From an uncultured Lentisphaeria bacterium (GTDB taxonomy: Bacteria > Verrucomicrobiota > Lentisphaeria > JABSQK01 > JAJFLO01), in contig OX638337.1 in the NCBI GenBank assembly GCA_951812855.1, positions 420,001-452,000 of the forward strand: a stretch of 32,000 nucleotides of DNA, in the 5' to 3' direction. Below the pieces are notes generated by a model. The model saw only the letters and a program-made list of their open reading frames with translations. It searched no databases and had not been told where the DNA came from. How positions within the stretch are numbered: the stretch's first letter is position 1; every line of letters starts with the position of its first letter. Positions 16,887-25,903 of this stretch are shown in pieces. A program made the translations under genes and the position numbers.

Positions 16887-17930
16887 TTAATTAAACGAAT
16901 CCCATCCTTTACTCTTTATCTCCCGAAATCCCAATTCATCATTTATTAAAAATAATACCTCTCCACCAAGTTGATTAATAATTGGAATCGCTTTTTCCGG
17001 ACCCAATACAACTGAAGCCGTTGTCAGACTGTCCGTCAACCAATTATTCCCGGTACCGGAGAAAACAATACTGACTGACAAAATGGAATTATTTACCGGC
17101 CACCCTGTTTTTGGGTTAATAATGTGATAATATTCAAGATTACCTATTTGTATTGGATTTCTATAGTTCCCGCTCGTTGAAATTGATAAACCATTTCCCT
17201 GATCAGTAACTGTCTTCCAAAGTCTACTTAGATTATTGGGATTCTGTATTCCTATAACAAATGGTTTTTCCCTGGGTGAAATTCCGAAAACTGCTGTCTC
17301 TCCACCAAGTTGAATCATCGCAGACGTCACATCATTCTGCTTTAACATTGCAACAATAGAATCCACAGCAATTCCCTTTATTATTCCTCCAAAATCAAAT
17401 TTCATTTCAGTTGGAATCTGCTTTAGAACATTATCGTCAAGTACAACCTTGTCCAAACCACAATGTTTCAATACTGATTTTATCTCTTCCCGGGTTGGTG
17501 GAATATTCTCCTTTTCCTTCTCCTCCCACAACATTTTTAGAGATTTAATCGAAATATCAAATGTTCCGTTTGTCAGTTCACAGCTCATTCTCGATTTGGT
17601 TATTGCTTCAGTGAGGATTGGCGATAACAAAACTGGATCATCACTTTTTCTCTGATTAATAATTCCAATTTCACTGGCCTCATTATAGTCATTAAATATT
17701 TTATCGATAACATCTAAATATTCCCATATTTCATCGCCGGAAATCTGATTATTCGGATAAAATGTTACGGTAACAGGAATGCCGTAAAACAATAATCTCT
17801 CTTCACTGTACCAATTTTTCTCACTCGTATCACCAGTCGAATAACGACTGATTACTATTCCTCCGACAAGGATAATACAGCAGCAAAAAAATATGAAAGC
17901 GTTTATTGATTTCCCAGTGTTGTTTTTCAT
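16887..17930 (-). CDS. apbE: FAD:protein FMN transferase (ApbE family)
   Basis: ISTSGNYRN and YYHIINPKTG motifs. N-terminal membrane or lipoprotein-like anchor. 347 aa. Confidence 0.88.
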   Translation of the reverse strand: MKNNTGKSINAFIFFCCCIILVGGIVISRYSTGDTSEKNWYSEERLLFYGIPVTVTFYPNNQISGDEIWEYLDVIDKIFNDYNEASEIGIINQRKSDDPVLLSPILTEAITKSRMSCELTNGTFDISIKSLKMLWEEKEKENIPPTREEIKSVLKHCGLDKVVLDDNVLKQIPTEMKFDFGGIIKGIAVDSIVAMLKQNDVTSAMIQLGGETAVFGISPREKPFVIGIQNPNNLSRLWKTVTDQGNGLSISTSGNYRNPIQIGNLEYYHIINPKTGWPVNNSILSVSIVFSGTGNNWLTDSLTTASVVLGPEKAIPIINQLGGEVLFLINDELGFREIKSKGWDSFN

Positions 17931-17934
17931 AAAA

Positions 17935-18693
17935 TCAGCTGACTGTGATATACGACAGATGATTTACATTTAATCCGGTTCTTTCGAATCGAAGTTCAAA
18001 ATCAGTTTTACAATGTCGTATATCGTCGATGGCATGGTTTGCTTTTTTATAGCAGGGAAGTTGGGTGATTGCATCCAGCATAAACGAATAATACTGATCG
18101 TCGTCCGTTGATAAGTGAAGTATTCCACCGGGAACTATTTTTTGTGCAGCACGTCCCAGAAATTCAGAGGAAATGAGCCGTTTTGACCGATGCCGGACTT
18201 TCGGCCACGGATCCGGACATAAAATATGCATTCTTGAGATTGAGTGATCCGGCAAGCCATAACCAATCAAATTCCATGCATTAATACGAAGAAGCTGAAC
18301 ATTTTTAAGGTTATTACGGTCTATTTTTTTTTGTATTTTTCGTAAACGTCCCAACATTACATCGGCTCCCACAATCACTCGATCCGGGAAGAGTTCGGCA
18401 AGTGACAACAAATAACCACCTTTACCACATCCAAGATCCAGCTCGGTAAGATGCGATTTGGAAAACGTTCGCCTGCTGTAACTGCTGGTCAAAATCTCTA
18501 TCATTTTTATTAGTCCATTAACTGAAAAATAAGCTGAACCCAAATTGAAACATGAACGTGAATGATCATGACATATTACAGGTTTAATTTGCTGCGTTGC
18601 AGCCGGTGCCTGACACAAATACAAAAAAAGGCTTAGGATAATTATGCCAGGCATATTGATATAATTTGTAACATTTATAATTTTGTGTTTCAC
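17935..18693 (-). CDS. trmB: tRNA (guanine46-N7)-methyltransferase TrmB; start uncertain
   Basis: SAM motif ELDLGCGKGGYL and the signature CPDPWPKVRHRSKRL. The longest ORF begins with GTG and carries about 63 non-conserved N-terminal residues, including a hydrophobic stretch. The internal ATG at 18504 (MIEILTSS...) is an equally plausible start. Confidence 0.85.
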   Translation of the reverse strand: MKHKIINVTNYINMPGIIILSLFLYLCQAPAATQQIKPVICHDHSRSCFNLGSAYFSVNGLIKMIEILTSSYSRRTFSKSHLTELDLGCGKGGYLLSLAELFPDRVIVGADVMLGRLRKIQKKIDRNNLKNVQLLRINAWNLIGYGLPDHSISRMHILCPDPWPKVRHRSKRLISSEFLGRAAQKIVPGGILHLSTDDDQYYSFMLDAITQLPCYKKANHAIDDIRHCKTDFELRFERTGLNVNHLSYITVS

Positions 18694-18829
18694 AGAAGAT
18701 ACATTTTCAATGAAGTTAATTTTATCAGCATAGTCAATTTAACCTTTATTTTCACCTGACTGACAATTAACATTTGCGGCAGATACCGGAAATTATTCCC
18801 GCATATCAGATTGAAAAAATACCATTATA

Positions 18830-20215
18830 ATGAATAAACGTGCTTCTGACATAAAAGATAAAGTATTTGCTTTTGCAAAACGCGAAAATTTACTAAAAGA
18901 CTTATCGATAATTTATATAGGTTTTAGCGGTGGATCTGACAGTACCGCTCTTGTCCATCTTTTTAAAGAATATTATAAAAAGGTCAAAGTCATTCATTTC
19001 AATCACGGTATTAGAGAGAAAGACTCCGATAAAGATGAATCCTGGTGTCAAACCTTCTGTAAATTACACAAGATTCCCTTTAACACAGTGAAACTGAATA
19101 TTCCAGAAAATAAAGAGTCCTCTGAAAGTATTGAAATGGCCGCACGCCGCTTGCGGTTAACCTATTGGAAATCAACATTAACCAATGAAGCGGACTCAGC
19201 TGTAATGCTTGCTCATCATCTTGATGATAAACTTGAAAATTTTTTTATTCGGCTGTCAAGAGGCAGTAATAGTTCCGGATTAACTGGATTAAGAAGTATT
19301 ACTCATGTTCAGGGAGTAAAAATTTTAAGACCCCTTCTCTGTCTTGAAAAAACGGAAATAATTGAGTATTTGCATGCAAATGACATCATTGATTACAGAC
19401 ACGATAAATCAAATACCGATCTTCGATATAAACGTAACCGGATACGTCATCTTTTAATCCCTCATCTATTTCAAACCGGCTTCGATAAAGAAGCGGTATT
19501 CAAGAGTTTAAACTATCTTGAAGATGATGCAAGATACCTGGAATTTTCGATCAATGAATTTGAATCCAAGTCTAAATTCTTAACTGTCAGAGAGCTGTTA
19601 CATCTTGATTTTGCACTTTGGTCAAGAAAACTGAGACGTTGGAAAAATGAAAATTGTGGCGACAATGCACCAATAAAGGGATCACTCTTAAAAAATCTTA
19701 AAAATTCTCTGACACATGATATTGTACATGGTGCAGAGTTTGAAATAAGTAAAACCCACAAAATTGCAGTTGATCGTGACCACCTTATTTTAAGAGAAAA
19801 AAAGACGAAAATCAACAGCGTAAATTATTACTGGGACTGCCTAAAACATGAAAAACTGTTTATACCTGAAATCGGTTGTGAATTACATGCAAAAAAATGT
19901 AATTACTCTAAAAATTTAAACTTAAATGAACCAAATTGTCAGTATTGGAATCTTAAAGAAATCAGGTGCCCCTTATATATTCGTCAGCGAAAGACTGGAG
20001 ACACGTTAATTCCATTTGCCATGGATAAACCTGTCAGAGTGAAAAAATTAATTGCGAATGCCAAACTCACTATAGAAGAAAAACAAAGCCTCATTATTAT
20101 ATGTGACAACGATAACAACATCCTCTGGATACCATTAGTGAGACGGACGAATTTTGCAAAAGTAAAACCGAATACATCAAAATTAGTTAAAATAACATAC
20201 AACAAATTGAACTGA
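18830..20215 (+). CDS. tilS: tRNA(Ile)-lysidine synthetase
   Basis: PP-loop GFSGGSDSTAL. HHLDD segment. C-terminal TilS domain (RKTGDTLIPFAMDKPVRVKKL). Confidence 0.9.
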   Translation: MNKRASDIKDKVFAFAKRENLLKDLSIIYIGFSGGSDSTALVHLFKEYYKKVKVIHFNHGIREKDSDKDESWCQTFCKLHKIPFNTVKLNIPENKESSESIEMAARRLRLTYWKSTLTNEADSAVMLAHHLDDKLENFFIRLSRGSNSSGLTGLRSITHVQGVKILRPLLCLEKTEIIEYLHANDIIDYRHDKSNTDLRYKRNRIRHLLIPHLFQTGFDKEAVFKSLNYLEDDARYLEFSINEFESKSKFLTVRELLHLDFALWSRKLRRWKNENCGDNAPIKGSLLKNLKNSLTHDIVHGAEFEISKTHKIAVDRDHLILREKKTKINSVNYYWDCLKHEKLFIPEIGCELHAKKCNYSKNLNLNEPNCQYWNLKEIRCPLYIRQRKTGDTLIPFAMDKPVRVKKLIANAKLTIEEKQSLIIICDNDNNILWIPLVRRTNFAKVKPNTSKLVKITYNKLN

Positions 20216-20222
20216 ATAAATC

Positions 20223-23042
20223 ATGAACAAAATCCAAATTATACTATTTCCCCTTGATCAAAGCAGGAGAATGATTATTCAATTCGTTGTAATATGTATA
20301 AAAACTCAATCTCAATTCAGGTCTGATTTCTTATCTCTAATTCTGAAAAAAAGAATCGTTCTTTTTCAAATTCTATTATTATCTTTGAATCTAACTGCTG
20401 TTACCGTTGATGCTGAGGAGATTACCCCGGACAAAATCATAAACACAAAAGCAGACAGCGAGGAATCTGATCCATCCAGAATTTCAATCCCTGAAAATCA
20501 AGTCAATTATGATGATGACAGCGGGCTTGATTATCGAACAAAAGGAGATCAGGCTTTTAATGATTTTTTCTATGACATTGCAGAAAATATGTATCAAAAA
20601 TATTTAAACCGGGCAAATGACCCGGACAACATTACAGATGCATGCGTACGACTTGTTAAAAGCCTTATCAAACAGCAGAAACTGGCCAAGGCTGAAGAAA
20701 TCTTAGATTCTGTTCATGATATTTTGCAAAAAAATCATCGATCTATTTTAGACAATTCCAGCCAGGATGCATCGAAATCATCCAAAAATTCATTGACAAT
20801 AACCTACTGGCAAGGACAATTATTGCTAATAAATCAAGAATTTGAAGAAGCCGCTGAATTATTTGCTGACGTTGCTAATAAAGCTGAAAATGTAAAATTA
20901 AAGCGGAATGGATATTTGGGGCTGGGAGAGTCCCATTTAGCACTGAAAAATTGGGACGATTCTGAATCAGCCTTTCATCAGGCTATTGAGAATGTTGTTG
21001 TGGAAGAATTACTTCATAATGCACACCTTGGGCTAATACGACTCTCACTGGCCAGGAAAAATTTTACCCATGCGGACGATCTAATCAACACAAACTGGGA
21101 AAACGCTAAAGGAGAATATAGAAATAATCTGGGGATTCTTAAGATCGCATCGTTTTTATCCAGGAAAAAATGGGAGGAAGCTTATTCATTTTACATGACC
21201 ACATTTTCTAACACTCAGGACCACTTACTTCAGAATTCAGAGTTTGACATAATTCGGAATTTAGGACTGGGTCTGATTGAAGATAAATCTTATAAGAATG
21301 CAATGATCTTGTTTGAACATATGCTCCCGCTGCTCAAGAATGAAAATCAGAAAAAATGGATCTTGTTAGACCTGGCTGAAGCAACAGATAAAATGGGAAA
21401 CAAGGCAAAGGCCATTAATCATTATTCTACCTATCTGAATTTATACAAAAATGATAATCTCAATCCCAAAATTCAACTTAGAATCGCCCAATTATATGAA
21501 ACCGATGAACAACAATCAGATCAGGCTTTACGTTTCTATCTTAAAGTATACGAAAAAAAAGAAAATTCAGCATTGAACCGTTATCAGGCAGCTCAGGGAA
21601 TCGGATGGATTCATAAAAGGAAAAAAAATTATGATAAATCGATCAAGTATTTTTATGAATCTTCTACCCTCGACGTATCAAATATAAAAAAAGCAAAAGG
21701 AATTTACTATGCCTCAGAAATTTATTTCTTAATCAAAGATTTCAACAATGCTGCTATTTATTATTTAAGTGTTGTTGATCAATATCCTGAAAGTGAATAC
21801 ATACAAGATTCTCAGTATAAATATGCACTTGCCCGATATAAGGGAAAACGATATCGAATGGCAGCAGAAGCATTTACATTGTATTTAAAAAAATGGCCTG
21901 AGGATAAAAACAGCGAAGAAGCTCTTTTATATAAAGGTGCAGCCCAGCACATGGCAGAGGATTATACAGACGCCATTATATCATTTCAGAAATTTATCAA
22001 AGATCATCCAAAATCCGAAAATGTTACCCAGGCCTACCTGGAAGCAAGTCAATCTGCTGCTGCTGCTGACATGCAGCCGGATGCTATAAAATTTCTTAAT
22101 AAAATTATTGAGAATCATAAAAATTCGAAAGACTATCCGTATGCACTCTATAAACGAGCCTATCTCAGGCTTTCATATGGATATTACAAAGAAGGCCGAA
22201 ATGACAGCTATTCATTTCTCAAACAATTTGCCGGTTCCCATTCAGAATTGTCCTCCGATGTATACCTGTGGCTTGGAGATCATTATGCAAATAATCAGGA
22301 CTTTGGCCAGGCAGAACAATTGTTCCTGGAAATTGTAAATCGGTATAAGAATTCACCATCTGCTCCAATTGCCCTGTATGAAGCAGCCAAAGCATCATAT
22401 AAAAACAGCAAACTTCTCGGCGAAAACTATAATAAGACTCTAAAACACATCAATCAGCTATTGACAGTTTACCCTGATGCACCAAAACGGGTATTAGCCC
22501 AGGCAGAATTTTTACGAGGAGACATTGCATCGATTACCGGAGATTTCGAAGAAGCAAAAAAACGTTTCAAAGCATGTTCAGACCTGGTACCGCGAACGGA
22601 TTTACATTACGCAGCTATAGGCCGTTTAGCTGAATGTCACTATTCCGAGGCCACAATTAACGATAATCCAATAGAAGAATATCAACAGGCTCTTGTCTAT
22701 TTTAATGAAATAATTAATGCAAACACAATTAGTAATTCCCTGGTCGAATTAGCCCGTTATCGAGCAGGAAAAATCTACGAATTTTTGAAGCAGCCCGAAA
22801 AAGCAATAGACGAATATTTTCACATCTTTTTTAAGTACGATTATGATTTACGAAACCATAAGATAAACGACTGGTATTACTTCGCCCGATCAGGGTTTGA
22901 TCTCGCAAGACTTTATTTGGATAAAAATGAATATACTTCTGCTAAAACGATTTATAATCGTTTAGCCAAAGCAGACATCCCAATCTCCGAAGACGCTCTG
23001 CTGAGGGCACAGGAAATTGATAATCAATACCTGAAAAAGTAA
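20223..23042 (+). CDS. large secreted tetratricopeptide-repeat protein (YbgF/CpoB-like repeats); start uncertain
   Basis: Many 34-residue A/Y/L-patterned repeats (for example AEFLRGDIASITGDFEEAKKRF and YRAGKIYEFLKQPEKAIDEYF). The signal-like segment KKRIVLFQILLLSLNLTAVTVDA only begins near residue 42, so the ATG at 20271 or a later start is possible. Confidence 0.8.
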   Translation: MNKIQIILFPLDQSRRMIIQFVVICIKTQSQFRSDFLSLILKKRIVLFQILLLSLNLTAVTVDAEEITPDKIINTKADSEESDPSRISIPENQVNYDDDSGLDYRTKGDQAFNDFFYDIAENMYQKYLNRANDPDNITDACVRLVKSLIKQQKLAKAEEILDSVHDILQKNHRSILDNSSQDASKSSKNSLTITYWQGQLLLINQEFEEAAELFADVANKAENVKLKRNGYLGLGESHLALKNWDDSESAFHQAIENVVVEELLHNAHLGLIRLSLARKNFTHADDLINTNWENAKGEYRNNLGILKIASFLSRKKWEEAYSFYMTTFSNTQDHLLQNSEFDIIRNLGLGLIEDKSYKNAMILFEHMLPLLKNENQKKWILLDLAEATDKMGNKAKAINHYSTYLNLYKNDNLNPKIQLRIAQLYETDEQQSDQALRFYLKVYEKKENSALNRYQAAQGIGWIHKRKKNYDKSIKYFYESSTLDVSNIKKAKGIYYASEIYFLIKDFNNAAIYYLSVVDQYPESEYIQDSQYKYALARYKGKRYRMAAEAFTLYLKKWPEDKNSEEALLYKGAAQHMAEDYTDAIISFQKFIKDHPKSENVTQAYLEASQSAAAADMQPDAIKFLNKIIENHKNSKDYPYALYKRAYLRLSYGYYKEGRNDSYSFLKQFAGSHSELSSDVYLWLGDHYANNQDFGQAEQLFLEIVNRYKNSPSAPIALYEAAKASYKNSKLLGENYNKTLKHINQLLTVYPDAPKRVLAQAEFLRGDIASITGDFEEAKKRFKACSDLVPRTDLHYAAIGRLAECHYSEATINDNPIEEYQQALVYFNEIINANTISNSLVELARYRAGKIYEFLKQPEKAIDEYFHIFFKYDYDLRNHKINDWYYFARSGFDLARLYLDKNEYTSAKTIYNRLAKADIPISEDALLRAQEIDNQYLKK

Positions 23043-23207
23043 GTATCACTTTCATTGCTTTCTGAAGTTCACCGTTAAAAAATACAATCCACAAAGATTA
23101 TTGCAGGCGTATGCAGGGTTAATAAAAAAACCGAATAAAACTGAAGGCCGGTAAAAACATACTCAGTTGTCATATTTGAAATCATTATTCGATGATACAA
23201 AACGAAC

Positions 23208-23501
23208 TCATCTCCAATTATTAAGAGCAGCAGCCAAATCAATATCGCACCGGGTAATGGCTTTTTCACTATGGGTTGTAACTCTTATAAATACACTTTT
23301 GGCACTGGAGTCAAATGTAAAATCAGGGTGATGGTTATGATTTATTATTGTTGTTGTGAGATACGGCAGGAATGTGTTTATTTCCTTAAAATTGGTGAAT
23401 CTAAATGTTTTTTGAATATATAATCCATCTTTAGACCAACCGTCCAGTTGGTTAAGCAGTGAATTAATTTCAGTTTCAGATAATATCGTTTTATCTTCCA
23501 T
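23208..23501 (-). CDS. pterin-4-alpha-carbinolamine dehydratase (PCD/DCoH family)
   Basis: 97 aa with L..W......L.K.F.F.NF and the HHPD motif (NHNHHPDF). AAGGAG lies 6 nt upstream of the ATG. Confidence 0.85.
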   Translation of the reverse strand: MEDKTILSETEINSLLNQLDGWSKDGLYIQKTFRFTNFKEINTFLPYLTTTIINHNHHPDFTFDSSAKSVFIRVTTHSEKAITRCDIDLAAALNNWR

Positions 23502-23642
23502 TTGATGCTCCTTTAATTTTTTCTGGAGAGTTGACTGTAAAAATATTTTGACGACTTCGCCAATAATTAATTTCTATCAAAAAATATACTCAACGTACAG
23601 CAATTCGTTATGTTCGAATTGAATAGTTGAGATAAGCATTTA

Positions 23643-23694
23643 CCTGATATTTCTATTTCAGTCAACATTAGATGTAAACTCTTCCTGATATTTC
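23643..23694. repeat. direct repeat CCTGATATTTC (x2, 41 bp apart) in a divergent promoter region
   Basis: Exact 11-mers at 23643-23653 and 23684-23694. With a TATTTC duplication in copy 1, the shared unit extends to CCTGATATTTCAGT[C/G]AA. Confidence 0.6.
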
Positions 23695-23794
23695 AGTGAA
23701 TCTTCAGTTGTGTTATTTGATTCATATTCTACAGTGTAAATCCGGAATATATAATTATTAAATCAGTTAATCATTTTGAACACATAATTTCAAT

Positions 23795-24736
23795 ATGGAA
23801 AAGACGTCAAAAATTTTAGTCACAGGCAGTCGGGGTATGGTTGGTTCAGCGGTAATTCGAGCCCTGAATAGAAAAGGATACGAAAATATAATTGCTATTG
23901 CCAGAGCTGATGCCGATCTTACAAATCAATATGATACATTATCTTTACTTAAAAAAATAAAACCTGATTATATGATTATTGGATCAGCAAGAGTCGGGGG
24001 AATCGGGGCAAATTCGACATATCCTGCCCAGTTTTTATACGATAATCTAATGATTCAATCTAATTTAATTCACAGTGCCTATCAGGTTGGAGTGAAAAAA
24101 TTGCTTTCTCTTGGATCATCCTGTATTTATCCAAAATTCGCAAGTCAGCCCATAGAAGAAGAAGAGCTTCTAACAGGATTGTTAGAACCAACAAATGAAC
24201 CGTATGCCTTAGCTAAAATTATTGGAATTAAACTATGCGATTACTATTTCAGGGAGTATGGATGCCAATACATATCGGCAATGCCCTGCAACTTATATGG
24301 CTATGGGGATAATTTCAATTTGGAAAATTCTCATGTTATTCCGGCCCTGATGCAAAAGTTTCATGATGCAGTGGAGGAAAATCGACCATCGGTTACTTGC
24401 CTGGGGAGTGGAAGTCCATTAAGGGAATTTCTATTTGTAGATGATTTGGCTGATGCACTTTTGTTTATAATTAAGAAATTCAAAGGCCCCGGCTTTCTCA
24501 ATGTTGGTACCGGCAGTGAAGTCACCATAAAGGTTTTAGCTGAAGCTATTGCAGATATTACAGGATTTAAAAATGAAATTTTATGGGATAATACCAAACC
24601 AGACGGAACACCGAGAAAAGTGTTAAATTCGACAAAACTTCACGAACTCGGGTGGGAACACAAAAATAATCTCGAAGATGGTTTAAAGAAGACATATGAT
24701 TGGTTTCTAAAGAACCAGAATGTCTATAGAAAATAA
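23795..24736 (+). CDS. fcl: GDP-L-fucose synthase (GDP-4-keto-6-deoxy-D-mannose 3,5-epimerase/4-reductase)
   Basis: ILVTGSRGMVGSA Rossmann motif, VGGIGAN, LGSSCIYPK (Ser), EPYALAKIIG (Tyr-x3-Lys). The 313-aa length is typical. Confidence 0.9.
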   Translation: MEKTSKILVTGSRGMVGSAVIRALNRKGYENIIAIARADADLTNQYDTLSLLKKIKPDYMIIGSARVGGIGANSTYPAQFLYDNLMIQSNLIHSAYQVGVKKLLSLGSSCIYPKFASQPIEEEELLTGLLEPTNEPYALAKIIGIKLCDYYFREYGCQYISAMPCNLYGYGDNFNLENSHVIPALMQKFHDAVEENRPSVTCLGSGSPLREFLFVDDLADALLFIIKKFKGPGFLNVGTGSEVTIKVLAEAIADITGFKNEILWDNTKPDGTPRKVLNSTKLHELGWEHKNNLEDGLKKTYDWFLKNQNVYRK

Positions 24737-24745
24737 TCTGTTACA

Positions 24746-25678
24746 ATGTATCTTTATCGATTAAACTCCACACTGAATTCATTTCTTCTGGTAACCGTTT
24801 TATTCCTCTTTTCAAGCTGTAGAAATTCTCAAGAACATAAGAATCTGTCCCAAACACTTCCTGAAATCGATAAAAAAAATGCATTTGCATTGATTGAAGA
24901 AATCGTTGCAATCGGCCCCCGCCCGAGTCATTCCCAAAATGCAGCTCATACTGCAAATTATATTGCTCGGAAATGTGAAGAATTCGGCTATCAGCCTAAA
25001 TTAGATACATGGATAGAAAAAACCGCCGATGGCACCAAAACGTTTAGAAATGTCTACACTGAAGTTAATGGAAACGGAGATAAATTCATCATTCTTGGCA
25101 GCCACTATGATACAAAAATGATACCCTCTGTCCCGGATTTTGCAGGAGCCAATGATAGCGGTTCGAGTACAGCCCTGGTTCTCGAAATAATGCGGGTGCT
25201 TAACAAATCCCCATGGACCGGGCCCACAATTCGGTTTGCATTTTTCGATGGAGAAGAAGCCATTCACAGCTATACCGACAACGATGGACTTCATGGCAGT
25301 AAAAAAATGGCAAAAGATCTTAAAGAATCCGGAGAATACCTAAACTGTAAAGCAATGATACTGTTAGATATGATTGGGGATGCTGATCTGACGATAACGT
25401 TGTCACCTGATGACTCAAATTCGCTTATTCAACACGTGTTAAGAATTGCTGAACAGCAAAATCGTCGTGACTATTTTAGTTTTTTTCTTCACGGGGTCAT
25501 TATTGATGACCATGTACCGTTTAAATTAATCGGTATTCCGGCACTGAATATCATTGACTTTAAATATGGTCCGAATAATTCTTACTGGCACACAAGTCTT
25601 GATACGATCGATAAATTAAGTCCGGACAGCTTGGAAATTGTTGGAAATATAGTCTTGCAACTGCTATTTGAATTATAA
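24746..25678 (+). CDS. M28-family zinc peptidase-fold lipoprotein, glutaminyl-cyclase-like or aminopeptidase
   Basis: Probable lipobox LFSSC. Motifs GSHYDTK, GANDSGSSTALVLEI, FAFFDGEEA, LLDMIG, DDHVPF and YWHTSLD parallel both M28 aminopeptidases and animal-type glutaminyl cyclases. Confidence 0.8.
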   Translation: MYLYRLNSTLNSFLLVTVLFLFSSCRNSQEHKNLSQTLPEIDKKNAFALIEEIVAIGPRPSHSQNAAHTANYIARKCEEFGYQPKLDTWIEKTADGTKTFRNVYTEVNGNGDKFIILGSHYDTKMIPSVPDFAGANDSGSSTALVLEIMRVLNKSPWTGPTIRFAFFDGEEAIHSYTDNDGLHGSKKMAKDLKESGEYLNCKAMILLDMIGDADLTITLSPDDSNSLIQHVLRIAEQQNRRDYFSFFLHGVIIDDHVPFKLIGIPALNIIDFKYGPNNSYWHTSLDTIDKLSPDSLEIVGNIVLQLLFEL

Positions 25679-25758
25679 ACTGTAATTGAATTGCACGTTA
25701 AACAGAGTAATTTGATTTTACGATACATTATCTGCTTTAGAACCGTTGTAGAAGGATC

Positions 25759-25781
25759 TGACAAGGATGTCAATTTTTTTT
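25759..25781 (+). terminator. weak intrinsic-terminator candidate after the M28 gene
   Basis: TGACA-AGGA-TGTCA hairpin (5 bp) followed by A plus T8 (25774-25781). The stem is short and GC-poor. Confidence 0.3.
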
Positions 25782-25903
25782 GAATCCTGTGACCTGAACT
25801 CTATCTATGTTTTGGTACAGGTATCAGCCGGCAGATTTCCAATGTATAAATAGATGAAATAGCATACTGCTCTAAAATTCACTGCGAATCAAACAGAACT
25901 GTC

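Noticed and set aside
16876-16895. A 20-bp near-palindrome TTTAATTAA-AA-TTAATTAAA overlapping the apbE stop.
   Set aside because: It is an A/T-only, low-complexity sequence in AT-rich DNA, so no information beyond composition.
23075-23269. A 64-aa hydrophobic ORF with a signal-like N-terminus downstream of the PCD gene.
   Set aside because: Its first 62 nt overlap the PCD coding region in another frame. There is no SD and no recognisable family, so it is probably a shadow ORF.
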